This document shows, piece after piece, positions 16,546 through 25,783 of a stretch of DNA of 33,930 nucleotides. A program made the translations under genes and the position numbers. The stretch's first letter is position 1; the number at the start of each line of letters is the position of its first letter. Source of the stretch: Candidatus Omnitrophota bacterium (GTDB lineage: Bacteria; Omnitrophota; Gorgyraeia; JAGLLT01); the NCBI GenBank assembly GCA_023140385.1, contig JAGLLT010000026.1, positions 1-33,930 of the forward strand, in the 5' to 3' direction. Under the pieces are notes generated by a model. The model had not been told where the DNA came from. It was given only the letters and a program-made list of their open reading frames with translations, and did no database searches.

Positions 16546-17540
16546 TGGGTGTTACCTATAAAAAGGCCGGTGTGGATATAAAAAAGGCGGATAAGTTTAT
16601 CGCCTCAATTAAAAAGATAGCCAAAACAAAAAACAGGGCTGTGATTGGCGCTATTGGAGGTTTTTCCGGCTTTTATAAACTTGACGCGAAAAAAATGAAA
16701 GAGCCGGTGTTGGCCGCCAGTTGTGACGGAGTAGGCACTAAGCTGAAAGTCGCCTTTTATATTGATGAACATAAGACGGCGGGCATTGATTTGGTGGCTA
16801 TGAATGTAAATGACCTGGTGGCTTCGGGCGCCAGGCCGTTATTTTTTTTAGATTACATATCTTCTTCTTCGCTCAACTTGAAGTGCTTAAAGGGTATCAT
16901 GGAAGGAATCGCTAAAGGGTGCCAAGACGCGGATTGCCTGATACTTGGCGGCGAGACGGCTCAAATGCCCGGTTTTTATAAAGGTGATGAATATGATGTT
17001 GCCGGTTTTTGCGTCGGTATAGTTGATAGAAAAGATATAATTGACGGAAGCGGGATAAAAGAGTCCGACGTTGTAATAGGCCTTAAATCAAGCGGTATTC
17101 ATTCAAATGGTTACTCCTTGGTAAGAAAACTTTTTTCATTAAAATACATAAAAGAGCGCAAAAATCTCTTTTATAAGCCCACTAAGATTTATGTAAAACC
17201 TGTGTTAAAGCTTAAGGAAAAAATAAAGATTAAGGGAATTGCCCATATTACCGGCGGCGGGTTTTACGATAATATAATAAGAATACTCCCTAATAAAATA
17301 AGGTGTGAAATTAAGAAAGGAAGCTGGCCGGTGTCTGAAGTATTTAAGCTGATAGAGAAAAAGGCCAAGGCCTCCGACAAGGAGATGTACCGTACTTTTA
17401 ATATGGGGATAGGTATGGTGGTAATCGTAAGCAAAAAGGATGCAGAGAGAGCGCTTGGTATCTTGAAGAAGCAGAGGATTGACGCCTATATTATAGGAAA
17501 TTGTAAAAAGGCCCCTAAGAGGTCTGTAACCTTGAGTTAA
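16545..17540 (+). CDS. purM: AIR synthetase (phosphoribosylformylglycinamidine cyclo-ligase)
   Basis: YKKAGVD, DGVGTKL, GGETAQMP, SSGIHSNG, HITGGG, TFNMGIG. Confidence 0.96.
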   Translation: MGVTYKKAGVDIKKADKFIASIKKIAKTKNRAVIGAIGGFSGFYKLDAKKMKEPVLAASCDGVGTKLKVAFYIDEHKTAGIDLVAMNVNDLVASGARPLFFLDYISSSSLNLKCLKGIMEGIAKGCQDADCLILGGETAQMPGFYKGDEYDVAGFCVGIVDRKDIIDGSGIKESDVVIGLKSSGIHSNGYSLVRKLFSLKYIKERKNLFYKPTKIYVKPVLKLKEKIKIKGIAHITGGGFYDNIIRILPNKIRCEIKKGSWPVSEVFKLIEKKAKASDKEMYRTFNMGIGMVVIVSKKDAERALGILKKQRIDAYIIGNCKKAPKRSVTLS

Positions 17541-17560
17541 TATTTATTGGAAAGGTTGGA

Positions 17561-18841
17561 ATGAAGATACTTGTTGTTGGGTCGGGCGGGAGAGAGCACG
17601 CGATTATTAAGAAGATATCGGAGAGTCCGCGCGTAAAAGAAATTTACGCGGCTCCCGGAAACGGCGGTATTGCGGATATAGCTACGCTTGTTGATATAAA
17701 GGCTGATGAGATAGAAAAGCTTGCTTGCTTCGTTTATGAAAGGGGTATCGACCTTACAATTGTAGGGCCTGAAGCGCCTCTGGCGGAAGGAATTACTGAA
17801 GCCTTTGAGGAAAGGCACCTTAGGATATTCGGCCCATCCAAAGAGGCCTCGCGCCTTGAGGCCAGTAAAATATTTACCAAAGAAATCTGCAAAAAATATA
17901 ATATCCCGACGGCCGGCTTTGAGGTTTTTGATGAGCCTCAAAAAGCTATGGATTATATTGAGAGGGCGGAGAAGCCGCAGGTTGTGAAGGCTGACGGCCT
18001 GGCCGGCGGCAAGGGCGTTGTCGTTGCCGGAGACAAGGTGGAAGCTAAAGAGGCTGTGCGGGCAATGATGATTGAAAAACAGTTTGGCGATGCCGGCTTG
18101 AAAGTTATGATTGAAGAGCGCCTCTATGGCGAGGAGGCGTCTATTTTGGTTTTGAGTGATGGTGAAAACATTTATCCTCTGGCTTCCAGCCAGGACCACA
18201 AGCAGATATACGACGAGGATAGAGGGCCGAATACAGGCGGCATGGGCGCTTATTCGCCGGCGCCGATAATAACAGACACTATGTATCAGCGGATTATTGC
18301 CGAAATTATAACGCCTACGGTTTTTGCTATGAAGGAAGAAGGCTGTCCTTATAAAGGGGTGCTGTACGCGGGCGTGATGATTACAGAAGAAGGGCCTATG
18401 CTTTTAGAGTATAACGTACGTTTTGGCGATCCGGAGACGCAGGCGGTATTACCGAGGATGAAGTCGGATTTGATTGAGGCCATAGAGGCTGTAATTGACG
18501 GCAGGTTAAATGAGCTTAAGGTTGAGTGGGATGAGAGAAGCTGTGTCTGTGTTGTGCTGGCTTCAGGCGGATACCCGGCAGGTTATGAAAAGGGAAAGAC
18601 GATATCGGGCCTGGATAAGGTAAAGAAGCTAAAGGATATAGCGGTTTATCACGCGGGTACTAAAAAGGAAGACGGTAAAGTTTATACCAGCGGCGGAAGG
18701 GTGCTGGGGGTGACGGCCCTGGATAAGGATATAACCGGCGCGATTGACAAGGTTTATAAGGCTATTAAGTTAATATCTTTTGATAAAATGTACTACAGAA
18801 CCGACATCGGACAAAAGGCGGTAAAAAGAGTAAAGAGTTGA
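17561..18841 (+). CDS. purD: phosphoribosylamine-glycine ligase
   Basis: GSGGREHA, KADGLAGGKGV, GPNTGGMGAYSP, EYNVRFGDPE, YYRTDIG. Confidence 0.97.
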   Translation: MKILVVGSGGREHAIIKKISESPRVKEIYAAPGNGGIADIATLVDIKADEIEKLACFVYERGIDLTIVGPEAPLAEGITEAFEERHLRIFGPSKEASRLEASKIFTKEICKKYNIPTAGFEVFDEPQKAMDYIERAEKPQVVKADGLAGGKGVVVAGDKVEAKEAVRAMMIEKQFGDAGLKVMIEERLYGEEASILVLSDGENIYPLASSQDHKQIYDEDRGPNTGGMGAYSPAPIITDTMYQRIIAEIITPTVFAMKEEGCPYKGVLYAGVMITEEGPMLLEYNVRFGDPETQAVLPRMKSDLIEAIEAVIDGRLNELKVEWDERSCVCVVLASGGYPAGYEKGKTISGLDKVKKLKDIAVYHAGTKKEDGKVYTSGGRVLGVTALDKDITGAIDKVYKAIKLISFDKMYYRTDIGQKAVKRVKS

Positions 18842-18848
18842 TAAATTG

Positions 18849-19007
18849 CAGGGAAAAACAACATTTTTCCACTAAGACACGATTTTCCCCTGCGGGTCGC
18901 AAAAAGTTACCTAAAAATTGCCTCCCGGCCTTAACGGGCTCGCCGATTTTTTAAACGGTACCTTTTTGCTAAAATCGTGAGGCGTTGCAAAATATTATTT
19001 TACCCTG
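18849..19007. repeat. long nested imperfect inverted repeat (MITE/REP-like or structured RNA)
   Basis: CAGGG/CCCTG outer arms, CACGATTTT/AAAATCGTG (18878-18886 / 18971-18979), GCAAAAAG/CTTTTTGC (18899-18906 / 18962-18969), further inner stems. Confidence 0.65.
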
Positions 19008-19052
19008 ATGTGGGCGGTAAGGGGGGTAAAGGAATAAAAAGAGGTCAGGAAA

Positions 19053-19391
19053 ATGGAAAATAGTACAAATGATCTTTTAAAGCATTCCGGGTTTGGAATC
19101 AGCTCCTTCGTAATATCTTTGGTGATAGGAGTAGGAGAGATTTTCGTTATAGGGATAGCGGCCTTTCTTGGGGCGCAGGGGCAGATGAGTGAAGAGAATA
19201 CTGCTATGATGGTTGTGGGCCTGGCGATAATGGCAGGGCTTATGATTAATTTGGCCGGCGTGGGCCTGGCGATTGCCGGCATCTGCCAGAAGAACAAAAA
19301 GAAGATGTTTTCCATCCTGGGGCTTATCTTTAACGGAGTTCTCATTTTAGGCATTGTAGGGCTGATAATTATTGGGATGATGGTTTCTTGA
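19053..19391 (+). CDS. small three-TM hypothetical membrane protein
   Basis: AGGA SD; KHSGFGISSF start motif; three hydrophobic segments. Confidence 0.7.
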   Translation: MENSTNDLLKHSGFGISSFVISLVIGVGEIFVIGIAAFLGAQGQMSEENTAMMVVGLAIMAGLMINLAGVGLAIAGICQKNKKKMFSILGLIFNGVLILGIVGLIIIGMMVS

Positions 19392-19420
19392 AGGACTAAT
19401 TTCAAATTTTGGAGAGGTTT

Positions 19421-19903
19421 ATGAAAAAAGTTGATGTGGCGGTGATAATGGGGAGTAAGTCTGACCTGGGTGTTGCCCGGGAGGCGGAAAAGATACTTAA
19501 AGAGTTTAAGGTGAAGTGTGAGATGAAGGTTTTATCTGCCCACCGGACGCCTAAGGCGACGGCCAAATATGTTGAAGGCGCGGAGGATAAGGGCATAAAG
19601 GTTATAATTGCCCTGGCCGGCAAAGCGGCCCATTTGGCGGGAGTGATCGCGGCCCATACGGTGATTCCGGTAATAGGTGTGCCTATGGATACCAGGGATT
19701 TAAAGGGGATAGACTCTTTATTTTCTACGGTTCAGATGCCCGCGGGCATACCGGTCGCCTGTATGGCTATTGGTACAACCGGCGCTAAAAATGCCGCCCT
19801 TTATGCTATCGGAATATTGGCGCTTAGCGATAAAATGCTGGGTAAAAGGCTCCTGGGATACCGGAAAGAACAGACCCGCTCTATCCTGAAGACCAAAATA
19901 TAG
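19421..19903 (+). CDS. purE: N5-CAIR mutase (class I-like PurE)
   Basis: IMGSKSD, SAHRTP, AAHLAG, PVIGVP, QMPAGIPVA; start moved to ATG 19421 after GGAGAGG. Confidence 0.95.
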   Translation: MKKVDVAVIMGSKSDLGVAREAEKILKEFKVKCEMKVLSAHRTPKATAKYVEGAEDKGIKVIIALAGKAAHLAGVIAAHTVIPVIGVPMDTRDLKGIDSLFSTVQMPAGIPVACMAIGTTGAKNAALYAIGILALSDKMLGKRLLGYRKEQTRSILKTKI

Positions 19904-19912
19904 GTTATTTTC

Positions 19913-19941
19913 TTGACGATATTGGCGGAAGTTGTTATACT
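19913..19941 (+). promoter_or_regulatory. sigma70-type promoter of mscS-otsA-otsB
   Basis: TTGACG (19913-19918), 17 bp, TGt-TATACT (19936-19941). Confidence 0.8.
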
Positions 19942-19976
19942 AAAAGCTGTTGCCGGAAGCTATTGTATGGGGGTGA

Positions 19977-21032
19977 GTGATGGAAGTATTAAAAGAAATT
20001 TTTGAAAACCCTGTCTTTAAATCTATTCTTCCTCTTCTTGTTATAGCCGTATCTTTTTTAGTGGGAATTCTTTTAAGGAACGTGGTTTGCAGGCATCTTT
20101 TACGCTGGGCTAAAAAAACCAGGATTAAATGGGATGACGTCCTTGTAGAGAACTTAAGGCGCTGGCTTCCTATTTGGACCTTGATTTTGGGCGTTTACCT
20201 GGCGCTTGATATGTGGGGGATATCTGTTAGTCAGGCTTCACTTAGCGGTAAGGCTTTAGCCGCCGCCGCCGTATTAACGGTGACTGTGGCGGCCGCTAAT
20301 ATATTTTCCGCGGCTCTTAGCATGATGGCCGATAAAGGTGAGGGCGCCCTTGCCGTCAGCAGTCTCACCAGAAATATAACTAGGGTAGTTGTTTTTGTTA
20401 TTGGCGGCCTGATTATTCTGCGTTCTTTGGGTATTTCCATAACTCCTATATTGGGTACGTTGGGTGTCGGAGGGTTGGCTGTTGCCTTAGCCTTGCAGGA
20501 TACGCTGGCCAATGTATTCAGCGGTATCTATATGACCCTTGCCAGGCATGTAAGAATCGGCGACTTTGTAAAGCTGGAGAGCGGCGAAGAAGGATACGTA
20601 TTTGACATCGGCTGGCGGGCGACAAAGGTCAGGATGCTTCCTAATAACGTGGTTATTATTCCCAACTCTAAGTTATCCCAATCGGTTATAACCAATTATT
20701 ATATGCCGGTGCAGGAGATGTCCGTTCTGGTACAGGTTGGTGTGCATTATGATAGTGATTTAAAGCACGTAGAGAAGGTTACCATTGAGGTGGGCGAGGA
20801 AGTTTTAAAAGAGGTTCAGGGGGGAGTGGCCGGCTTTAAGCCTTTTATCAGATACCACACCTTTAATGATTTTAGCATTGACTTCAGCGTCATTTTGCGG
20901 GCAAAGGAATTTGTTGACAACTATATGATAAAGCATGAATTTATTAAGAGGCTTCATGAAAGATACAATAAAGAAGGAATTGTTATACCATTTCCCATTA
21001 GAGATGTTTATATGAAGGAAAATAAAAGTTAG
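19977..21032 (+). CDS. mscS: MscS-family mechanosensitive channel
   Basis: GVGGLAVALALQDTLANVFSG, IGDFV, IGWRAT, IIPNS, IPFP; start is GTG 19977 or ATG 19980. Confidence 0.92.
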   Translation: MMEVLKEIFENPVFKSILPLLVIAVSFLVGILLRNVVCRHLLRWAKKTRIKWDDVLVENLRRWLPIWTLILGVYLALDMWGISVSQASLSGKALAAAAVLTVTVAAANIFSAALSMMADKGEGALAVSSLTRNITRVVVFVIGGLIILRSLGISITPILGTLGVGGLAVALALQDTLANVFSGIYMTLARHVRIGDFVKLESGEEGYVFDIGWRATKVRMLPNNVVIIPNSKLSQSVITNYYMPVQEMSVLVQVGVHYDSDLKHVEKVTIEVGEEVLKEVQGGVAGFKPFIRYHTFNDFSIDFSVILRAKEFVDNYMIKHEFIKRLHERYNKEGIVIPFPIRDVYMKENKS

Positions 21033-22511
21033 ATGTACACAAAAGAAGAATTGAAAAAAACAATCGTTAATGAGCTGGGCGAGTATAATTTAATCGTCCT
21101 TTCAAACCGTGAACCCTATATTCATACTATGAAAGAGGGCAGGATTAAAGTTCAGCGTCCATCCGGCGGAGCGGTTACCGCCCTTGATCCGGTTATGAAG
21201 GCCTGCGGCGGTACCTGGATAGCCCATGGAAGCGGCAGTGGGGACAGAAAGGTGGTTGATAAAAATAATAAGATTATGGTTCCCGAAGGTGACCCAAAGT
21301 ATACCTTAAAAAGGTTGTGGCTGAGCAAGGAAGAGGAAAAGGGTTATTACTACGGCTTTTCCAACGAGACGCTATGGCCTTTGTCCCATATAGTTTACCA
21401 ACGCCCGGTTTTTAGGGAAGAAGACTGGCAGATGTATCAAAAGGTTAATAAGAAGTTTGCCGACGCGGTTATTGAAGAGATTGGAAGAAGGAATAATAAA
21501 AAGACATTGGTCTGGATACAGGACTTTCAGCTTGCCCTGACAGCTAAGTACATTAAGGAAGCAAATCCCAATATAATTTGCGCCTACTTCTGGCATATTC
21601 CCTGGCCTAATCCTGAGGCCTTTAGAATCTGCCCCTTTAAAAAAGAGATAATTGAAGGAATTCTGGCCAACGATATGGTGGGGTTTCATATCAGATACCA
21701 TGCCGATAATTTTATAGAGACGGTTGAGAGGGAAGTTGAGGCTAAAACGGACAGAGAAAGAAACTCGCTGATAAAAGAGGGCCATGAAACCCTGGTGAGG
21801 GCCTTTCCCATCAGCGTTGACTTTGAGGAAATTTCAAGGCAGGTTGCTTTAGAGGCCAGTCTGAAAAGAGCTAAGAAGCTAAAAAAAGACCTTTCACTGG
21901 AGGGCAAGATTGTCTTTTTGGGCTGTGACAGGATTGATTATACCAAGGGTATTCCGGAGCGGCTTATAGCCTTTGATAAGTTTTTGGACAAGTATCCGCG
22001 GTATAAAGAAAAGATTGTTTTTGTTCAAATAGGGGCTGTCAGCCGCGTGCTTATTAAGGCCTACGAGGATATAAACAGCGAGATAAACAGGCTGGTGGGA
22101 GAGATAAACTGGAAGCACTCTACCAGCGACTGGACGCCTTTGATTTTCTCAAAGGAGTTTGTACCTTATAATGACATACTTACCTTCTATAGCCTGGCCG
22201 ATGTTATCGTGATTAGCTCTTTGCATGACGGTATGAATCTGGTAGCAAAAGAGTATATTGCTTCAAAGAATGATTATAACGGCGCCATTATTTTAAGTCA
22301 GTTTACCGGCTCCGCCCGGGAACTGCAGGAGGCGTTTTTTATCAATCCTTTTAATACTGATGAATTTGTTGATACAATTAAGCAGGTCATTGATATGCCT
22401 CAAAAAGAAAAAGAGAAACGGATGAAAATCTTAAGGGATATTGTGTCCGATAATAACATTTATAAATGGGCGGCGACGGTTATACAGGAGCTGTCCAAAT
22501 TCTATCTCTAA
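21033..22511 (+). CDS. otsA: trehalose-6-phosphate synthase (GT20)
   Basis: SNREP, WHIPWP, DRIDYTKGI, DGMNLVAKEY. Confidence 0.92.
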   Translation: MYTKEELKKTIVNELGEYNLIVLSNREPYIHTMKEGRIKVQRPSGGAVTALDPVMKACGGTWIAHGSGSGDRKVVDKNNKIMVPEGDPKYTLKRLWLSKEEEKGYYYGFSNETLWPLSHIVYQRPVFREEDWQMYQKVNKKFADAVIEEIGRRNNKKTLVWIQDFQLALTAKYIKEANPNIICAYFWHIPWPNPEAFRICPFKKEIIEGILANDMVGFHIRYHADNFIETVEREVEAKTDRERNSLIKEGHETLVRAFPISVDFEEISRQVALEASLKRAKKLKKDLSLEGKIVFLGCDRIDYTKGIPERLIAFDKFLDKYPRYKEKIVFVQIGAVSRVLIKAYEDINSEINRLVGEINWKHSTSDWTPLIFSKEFVPYNDILTFYSLADVIVISSLHDGMNLVAKEYIASKNDYNGAIILSQFTGSARELQEAFFINPFNTDEFVDTIKQVIDMPQKEKEKRMKILRDIVSDNNIYKWAATVIQELSKFYL

Positions 22512-22521
22512 ATCCGCTGTT

Positions 22522-23325
22522 ATGAAAGATATGAAGAAGCATTGGCAATCCGTTTGGTTAAAAATCAAAAAAGCTAAAAACCTATTGGTGCTTTCGGACT
22601 TTGATGGGACCCTAAGTAGGATTGTTAAGCATCCCGGCTTGGCCAGGGCGGATGGCAAGGCCGTCTCTTCAATAGCTTTATTAAGCGGGCTTAAAGGAGT
22701 AACTACCGGCATTATCAGCGGCCGGCCGCTAAAAGATGTGAAACGCCTCGTAAAGATTAAAGGCATCTTTTACGTTGGTAATCACGGCTTTGAATTGGAG
22801 TATATTGATAAAAAAGGCGGGATTAAACTGTTTATTCACCCGGAAATAAAAAAGACTTTACCGCTTATAAAAAAAATAGCCGACCGGCTGAGAAGAGATC
22901 TTAGAGGTATTAAGGGAGTTTTGGTAGAAAATAAAGTTTATTCTTTAAGCCTCCATTACAGGATGACCGCCAATGAGGACGTTAAAACTCTTAAGAAGAA
23001 GTTTTGGGCCGCGGTCAAAGAGTACAGGGATGAGGAAAGAATAAAGGTGACCAGGGGCAAGATGGTTTTTGAGGTAAGGCCGCCTGCCGCCTGGAATAAA
23101 GGAAGCGCTGTTTTAAAGATAAAGCGGATAATTGAGAAGGATGATTTGTTGACTATTTATCTGGGTGATGATAAAACCGATGAAGATGTCTTTAAGATTC
23201 TGGAAAAAAAAGATATCGGTGTTCTTATCGGAAGACGAAAAAAGTCTAACGCCGCCTACAGGATAAAAGATGTCAGGGGAGTAGCTGAATTTTTAAGTAA
23301 TGTCTATCAATTAAGAGTTAATTAA
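22522..23325 (+). CDS. otsB: trehalose-6-phosphate phosphatase (HAD)
   Basis: DFDGTL, SGR, GNHG, HYR, WNKG, GDDKTDEDVF; start moved to ATG 22522 (22531 is also possible). Confidence 0.9.
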   Translation: MKDMKKHWQSVWLKIKKAKNLLVLSDFDGTLSRIVKHPGLARADGKAVSSIALLSGLKGVTTGIISGRPLKDVKRLVKIKGIFYVGNHGFELEYIDKKGGIKLFIHPEIKKTLPLIKKIADRLRRDLRGIKGVLVENKVYSLSLHYRMTANEDVKTLKKKFWAAVKEYRDEERIKVTRGKMVFEVRPPAAWNKGSAVLKIKRIIEKDDLLTIYLGDDKTDEDVFKILEKKDIGVLIGRRKKSNAAYRIKDVRGVAEFLSNVYQLRVN

Positions 23326-23345
23326 CCCGTTTATAGGAAAGCAAT

Positions 23346-24425
23346 ATGCCAAAAACAGAAATTATAAAGATTGATCCGGCTAATATTGAGATGGAAAAGA
23401 TTAAAAGAGCGGCCGCTATTTTAAAAGAAGGCGGACTGGCGGCTTTTCCTACAGATACGGTCTACGGCCTGGGCGCTGACTGCTCTAATGAAAAGGCGGT
23501 TAAGAGAGTTTATGAGATAAAGAAAAGGCCTTTAAGTAAACCCCTGCCTGTGCTGATTGATAAACCGGAGAGGCTGGAGGCTTTTGGGATTGAGATTAGA
23601 GAAGGTGTAAAAGCCTTGATGGATAAGTTTTGGCCGGGGCCGTTAACCTTGATTTTAAAGGGAAGGGACGGAAAAAAAACCGGTTTCAGGATTCCCGCCA
23701 ATGAGATAGCCAGGAAACTGCTTGAAGAGTGCCGGATGCCTTTATGCGCGCCGAGCGCTAACTTTTCCGGCAATCCGGCCTCTAATAATTCATCCGGCGT
23801 TATCATTTCTTTTGACGGATTAATTGAGGTTATAATTGATGCCTCTTTCGCGGGCGGCGGGGTTGAGTCAACGGTTTTAGACGCGACATCCGCTCCATAC
23901 GTACTTTTGAGAGAGGGCGCCATTGCCTTAGCGGAGCTTAATAAAGAACTAAGGGCCGGGGCGGAGATTGTCAAGGCCAAGAACGTTCTTTTTATCTGCA
24001 CAGGCAATAGCTGCAGGAGCGTTATGGCTAAGGGCCTGTTTGAGAAAGAGGCGGCGAAGCACTCTTATATAACCGTTTCTTCGGCGGGGACCGCGGCTAT
24101 TAGCGGCTATTCTCCGACAAAAGAAACTATTGAGGTTATGCTGGGGGAAGCAATAGACGTCTCGGGTGAAAAAAGCCAGCATATTTCCGCCGCTTTGGTG
24201 AGTAAGGCCGATCTGATTTTAACTATGCAGGCAAGGCACAAAGAGTATATTATCGACGCCTATCCTGATGCCAAAAGTAAAGTTTATCTTCTGAAGGAAT
24301 ACCGCGATGGCTTGGACAAAGCAGGCCTGGAAGTCAGAGACCCCATCGGCCAGTCCATAGAGGTGTATAAAGAGGTTTTAGAGGAAATTAAGACGGAGAT
24401 TGTAAGGATAAAGGAGTTTATTTAA
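23346..24425 (+). CDS. tsaC: threonylcarbamoyl-AMP synthase (TsaC/Sua5) fused to a LMW protein phosphatase (YwlE-like)
   Basis: FPTDTVYGL, KKRP, PSANFSG, STVLD; then CTGNSCRS P-loop, SAGT, ADLILTM, DPIG. Confidence 0.9.
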   Translation: MPKTEIIKIDPANIEMEKIKRAAAILKEGGLAAFPTDTVYGLGADCSNEKAVKRVYEIKKRPLSKPLPVLIDKPERLEAFGIEIREGVKALMDKFWPGPLTLILKGRDGKKTGFRIPANEIARKLLEECRMPLCAPSANFSGNPASNNSSGVIISFDGLIEVIIDASFAGGGVESTVLDATSAPYVLLREGAIALAELNKELRAGAEIVKAKNVLFICTGNSCRSVMAKGLFEKEAAKHSYITVSSAGTAAISGYSPTKETIEVMLGEAIDVSGEKSQHISAALVSKADLILTMQARHKEYIIDAYPDAKSKVYLLKEYRDGLDKAGLEVRDPIGQSIEVYKEVLEEIKTEIVRIKEFI

Positions 24426-24441
24426 TGAAAAAGGCAAGAAG

Positions 24442-25770
24442 ATGAAAAAGAAAATTATTGCAATTATAGTAATAGTCATTCTTATTGTAATCGGCGGCAT
24501 AATTCATCTAACTTTAGATATGCTTCCGATTGATGATTCTGATCTTGCTTTGGTTTATGAATCTATCCCTGATGAACAAAACGCCTTTTATTATTTTGAG
24601 AAAGCAAGCCAGGCAATGTATTTTCCGGAAGATAACAAGGATAGAATAGGTAAAATATTAGAAGAAGGTATAAAAGATAAGGATGTGGAATTTGTAGAGA
24701 ATATCCTTGATAAAAATAAAGAGACCTTTAAATATTTTGAAAAAGGTTTAAATGTAGATAAACTGCAGATACCCGAGATGACTGAGGGATTAGATGAATT
24801 AATTCCTTATCTTTTTGATTGGCAGCAGATAGCGCTACTTAATCAGTTAAAATCAATGTACTTTTGTAAGATAGATAAGCAGGATGAGGCTTTTGAAGCA
24901 GCTTTGGAGAATGTAAGATTTGGTTATATGATAAATAATTCAAAGGGCGGCTTGGTTCATTTTATGATAGGTGATGTCATAAGGGGAATCGGTAGTGGGG
25001 ATATTAATCAATTGGTTTCAAAAACCAAGTTGTCAGAGCATAAAGCTAAAGAATATATTAGTACCTTAAAAAGATATGAAGATGCAAGAGATGGACTGAT
25101 TCAAACTTATTTGTGTGAATATAACTATTTAATGCTTCATGGAATTGATTTAATGGAAAAGGGCATTGATAAAAACCTGAAAGGAGAAATTAAGAAAAAA
25201 ATACCTCTGCCCGGCTTAGAGAAGCAATTGGATAAAATGGAGACGACTCGTTTCATCCAACCTTTGTTTATTAGATATATGTTTCATCCCGAAAGAACAA
25301 AAAGTAAAATGGCTAATCATATAAGAGATATAATTACTGGGGTGTCTGAAAAAAACTATAAGGACATAGATTTTACTGCAATTGATAAATTTATGTATGA
25401 TCTGGAAAGAAATGCTGATTCGTCCACATGCATAAGAGTTATTAAAAGAAACGTCATAGGAAGGATTCTTGTGGATCTACTGATGCCAGGGATCACTCAT
25501 GTTATTGGTGTAGAATATAAAATAGAAGCAAGAATAAGACTTACCGAAATTCAAATCGCCTTAAAGGCGCATAAAGATAATCACGGCCAGTTACCAAATA
25601 GCTTGGATGAACTTGTGCCTGCTTATTTTGACCGGGTTCCAACAGATCCGTATGACGGCCAGCCTATTCGATATTCAAAAAAGGATAAGATTATATATTG
25701 TGTGGGTGAAAACCTGGAAGATGATGGTGTAGATGAATCAGAAGAGAATCTGTTAGGTATTAAATTTTAG
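24442..25770 (+). CDS. AT-rich hypothetical membrane-anchored protein
   Basis: single N-terminal TM/signal segment; helical body; C-terminal LPNSLDELVP...DPYDGQPIRY...YCVGENLEDDG resembling a pseudopilin (GspG-like) C-terminus. Confidence 0.7.
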   Translation: MKKKIIAIIVIVILIVIGGIIHLTLDMLPIDDSDLALVYESIPDEQNAFYYFEKASQAMYFPEDNKDRIGKILEEGIKDKDVEFVENILDKNKETFKYFEKGLNVDKLQIPEMTEGLDELIPYLFDWQQIALLNQLKSMYFCKIDKQDEAFEAALENVRFGYMINNSKGGLVHFMIGDVIRGIGSGDINQLVSKTKLSEHKAKEYISTLKRYEDARDGLIQTYLCEYNYLMLHGIDLMEKGIDKNLKGEIKKKIPLPGLEKQLDKMETTRFIQPLFIRYMFHPERTKSKMANHIRDIITGVSEKNYKDIDFTAIDKFMYDLERNADSSTCIRVIKRNVIGRILVDLLMPGITHVIGVEYKIEARIRLTEIQIALKAHKDNHGQLPNSLDELVPAYFDRVPTDPYDGQPIRYSKKDKIIYCVGENLEDDGVDESEENLLGIKF

Positions 25771-25783
25771 TAAGGGAGATAAG

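Noticed and set aside
17537..18199. 220-aa minus-strand ORF, and the other short antisense or alternate-frame ORFs in the track
   Set aside because: They are shadows of well-conserved genes (here purD), with no recognisable motifs.
18995..19405. 136-aa minus-strand ORF opposite the small membrane protein
   Set aside because: The plus-strand ORF has an SD, operon orientation and a clear TM pattern.
22441..22521. TTG-started extension of otsB overlapping otsA
   Set aside because: It requires a 71-bp overlap; ATG 22522 or 22531 gives a normal OtsB N-terminus.
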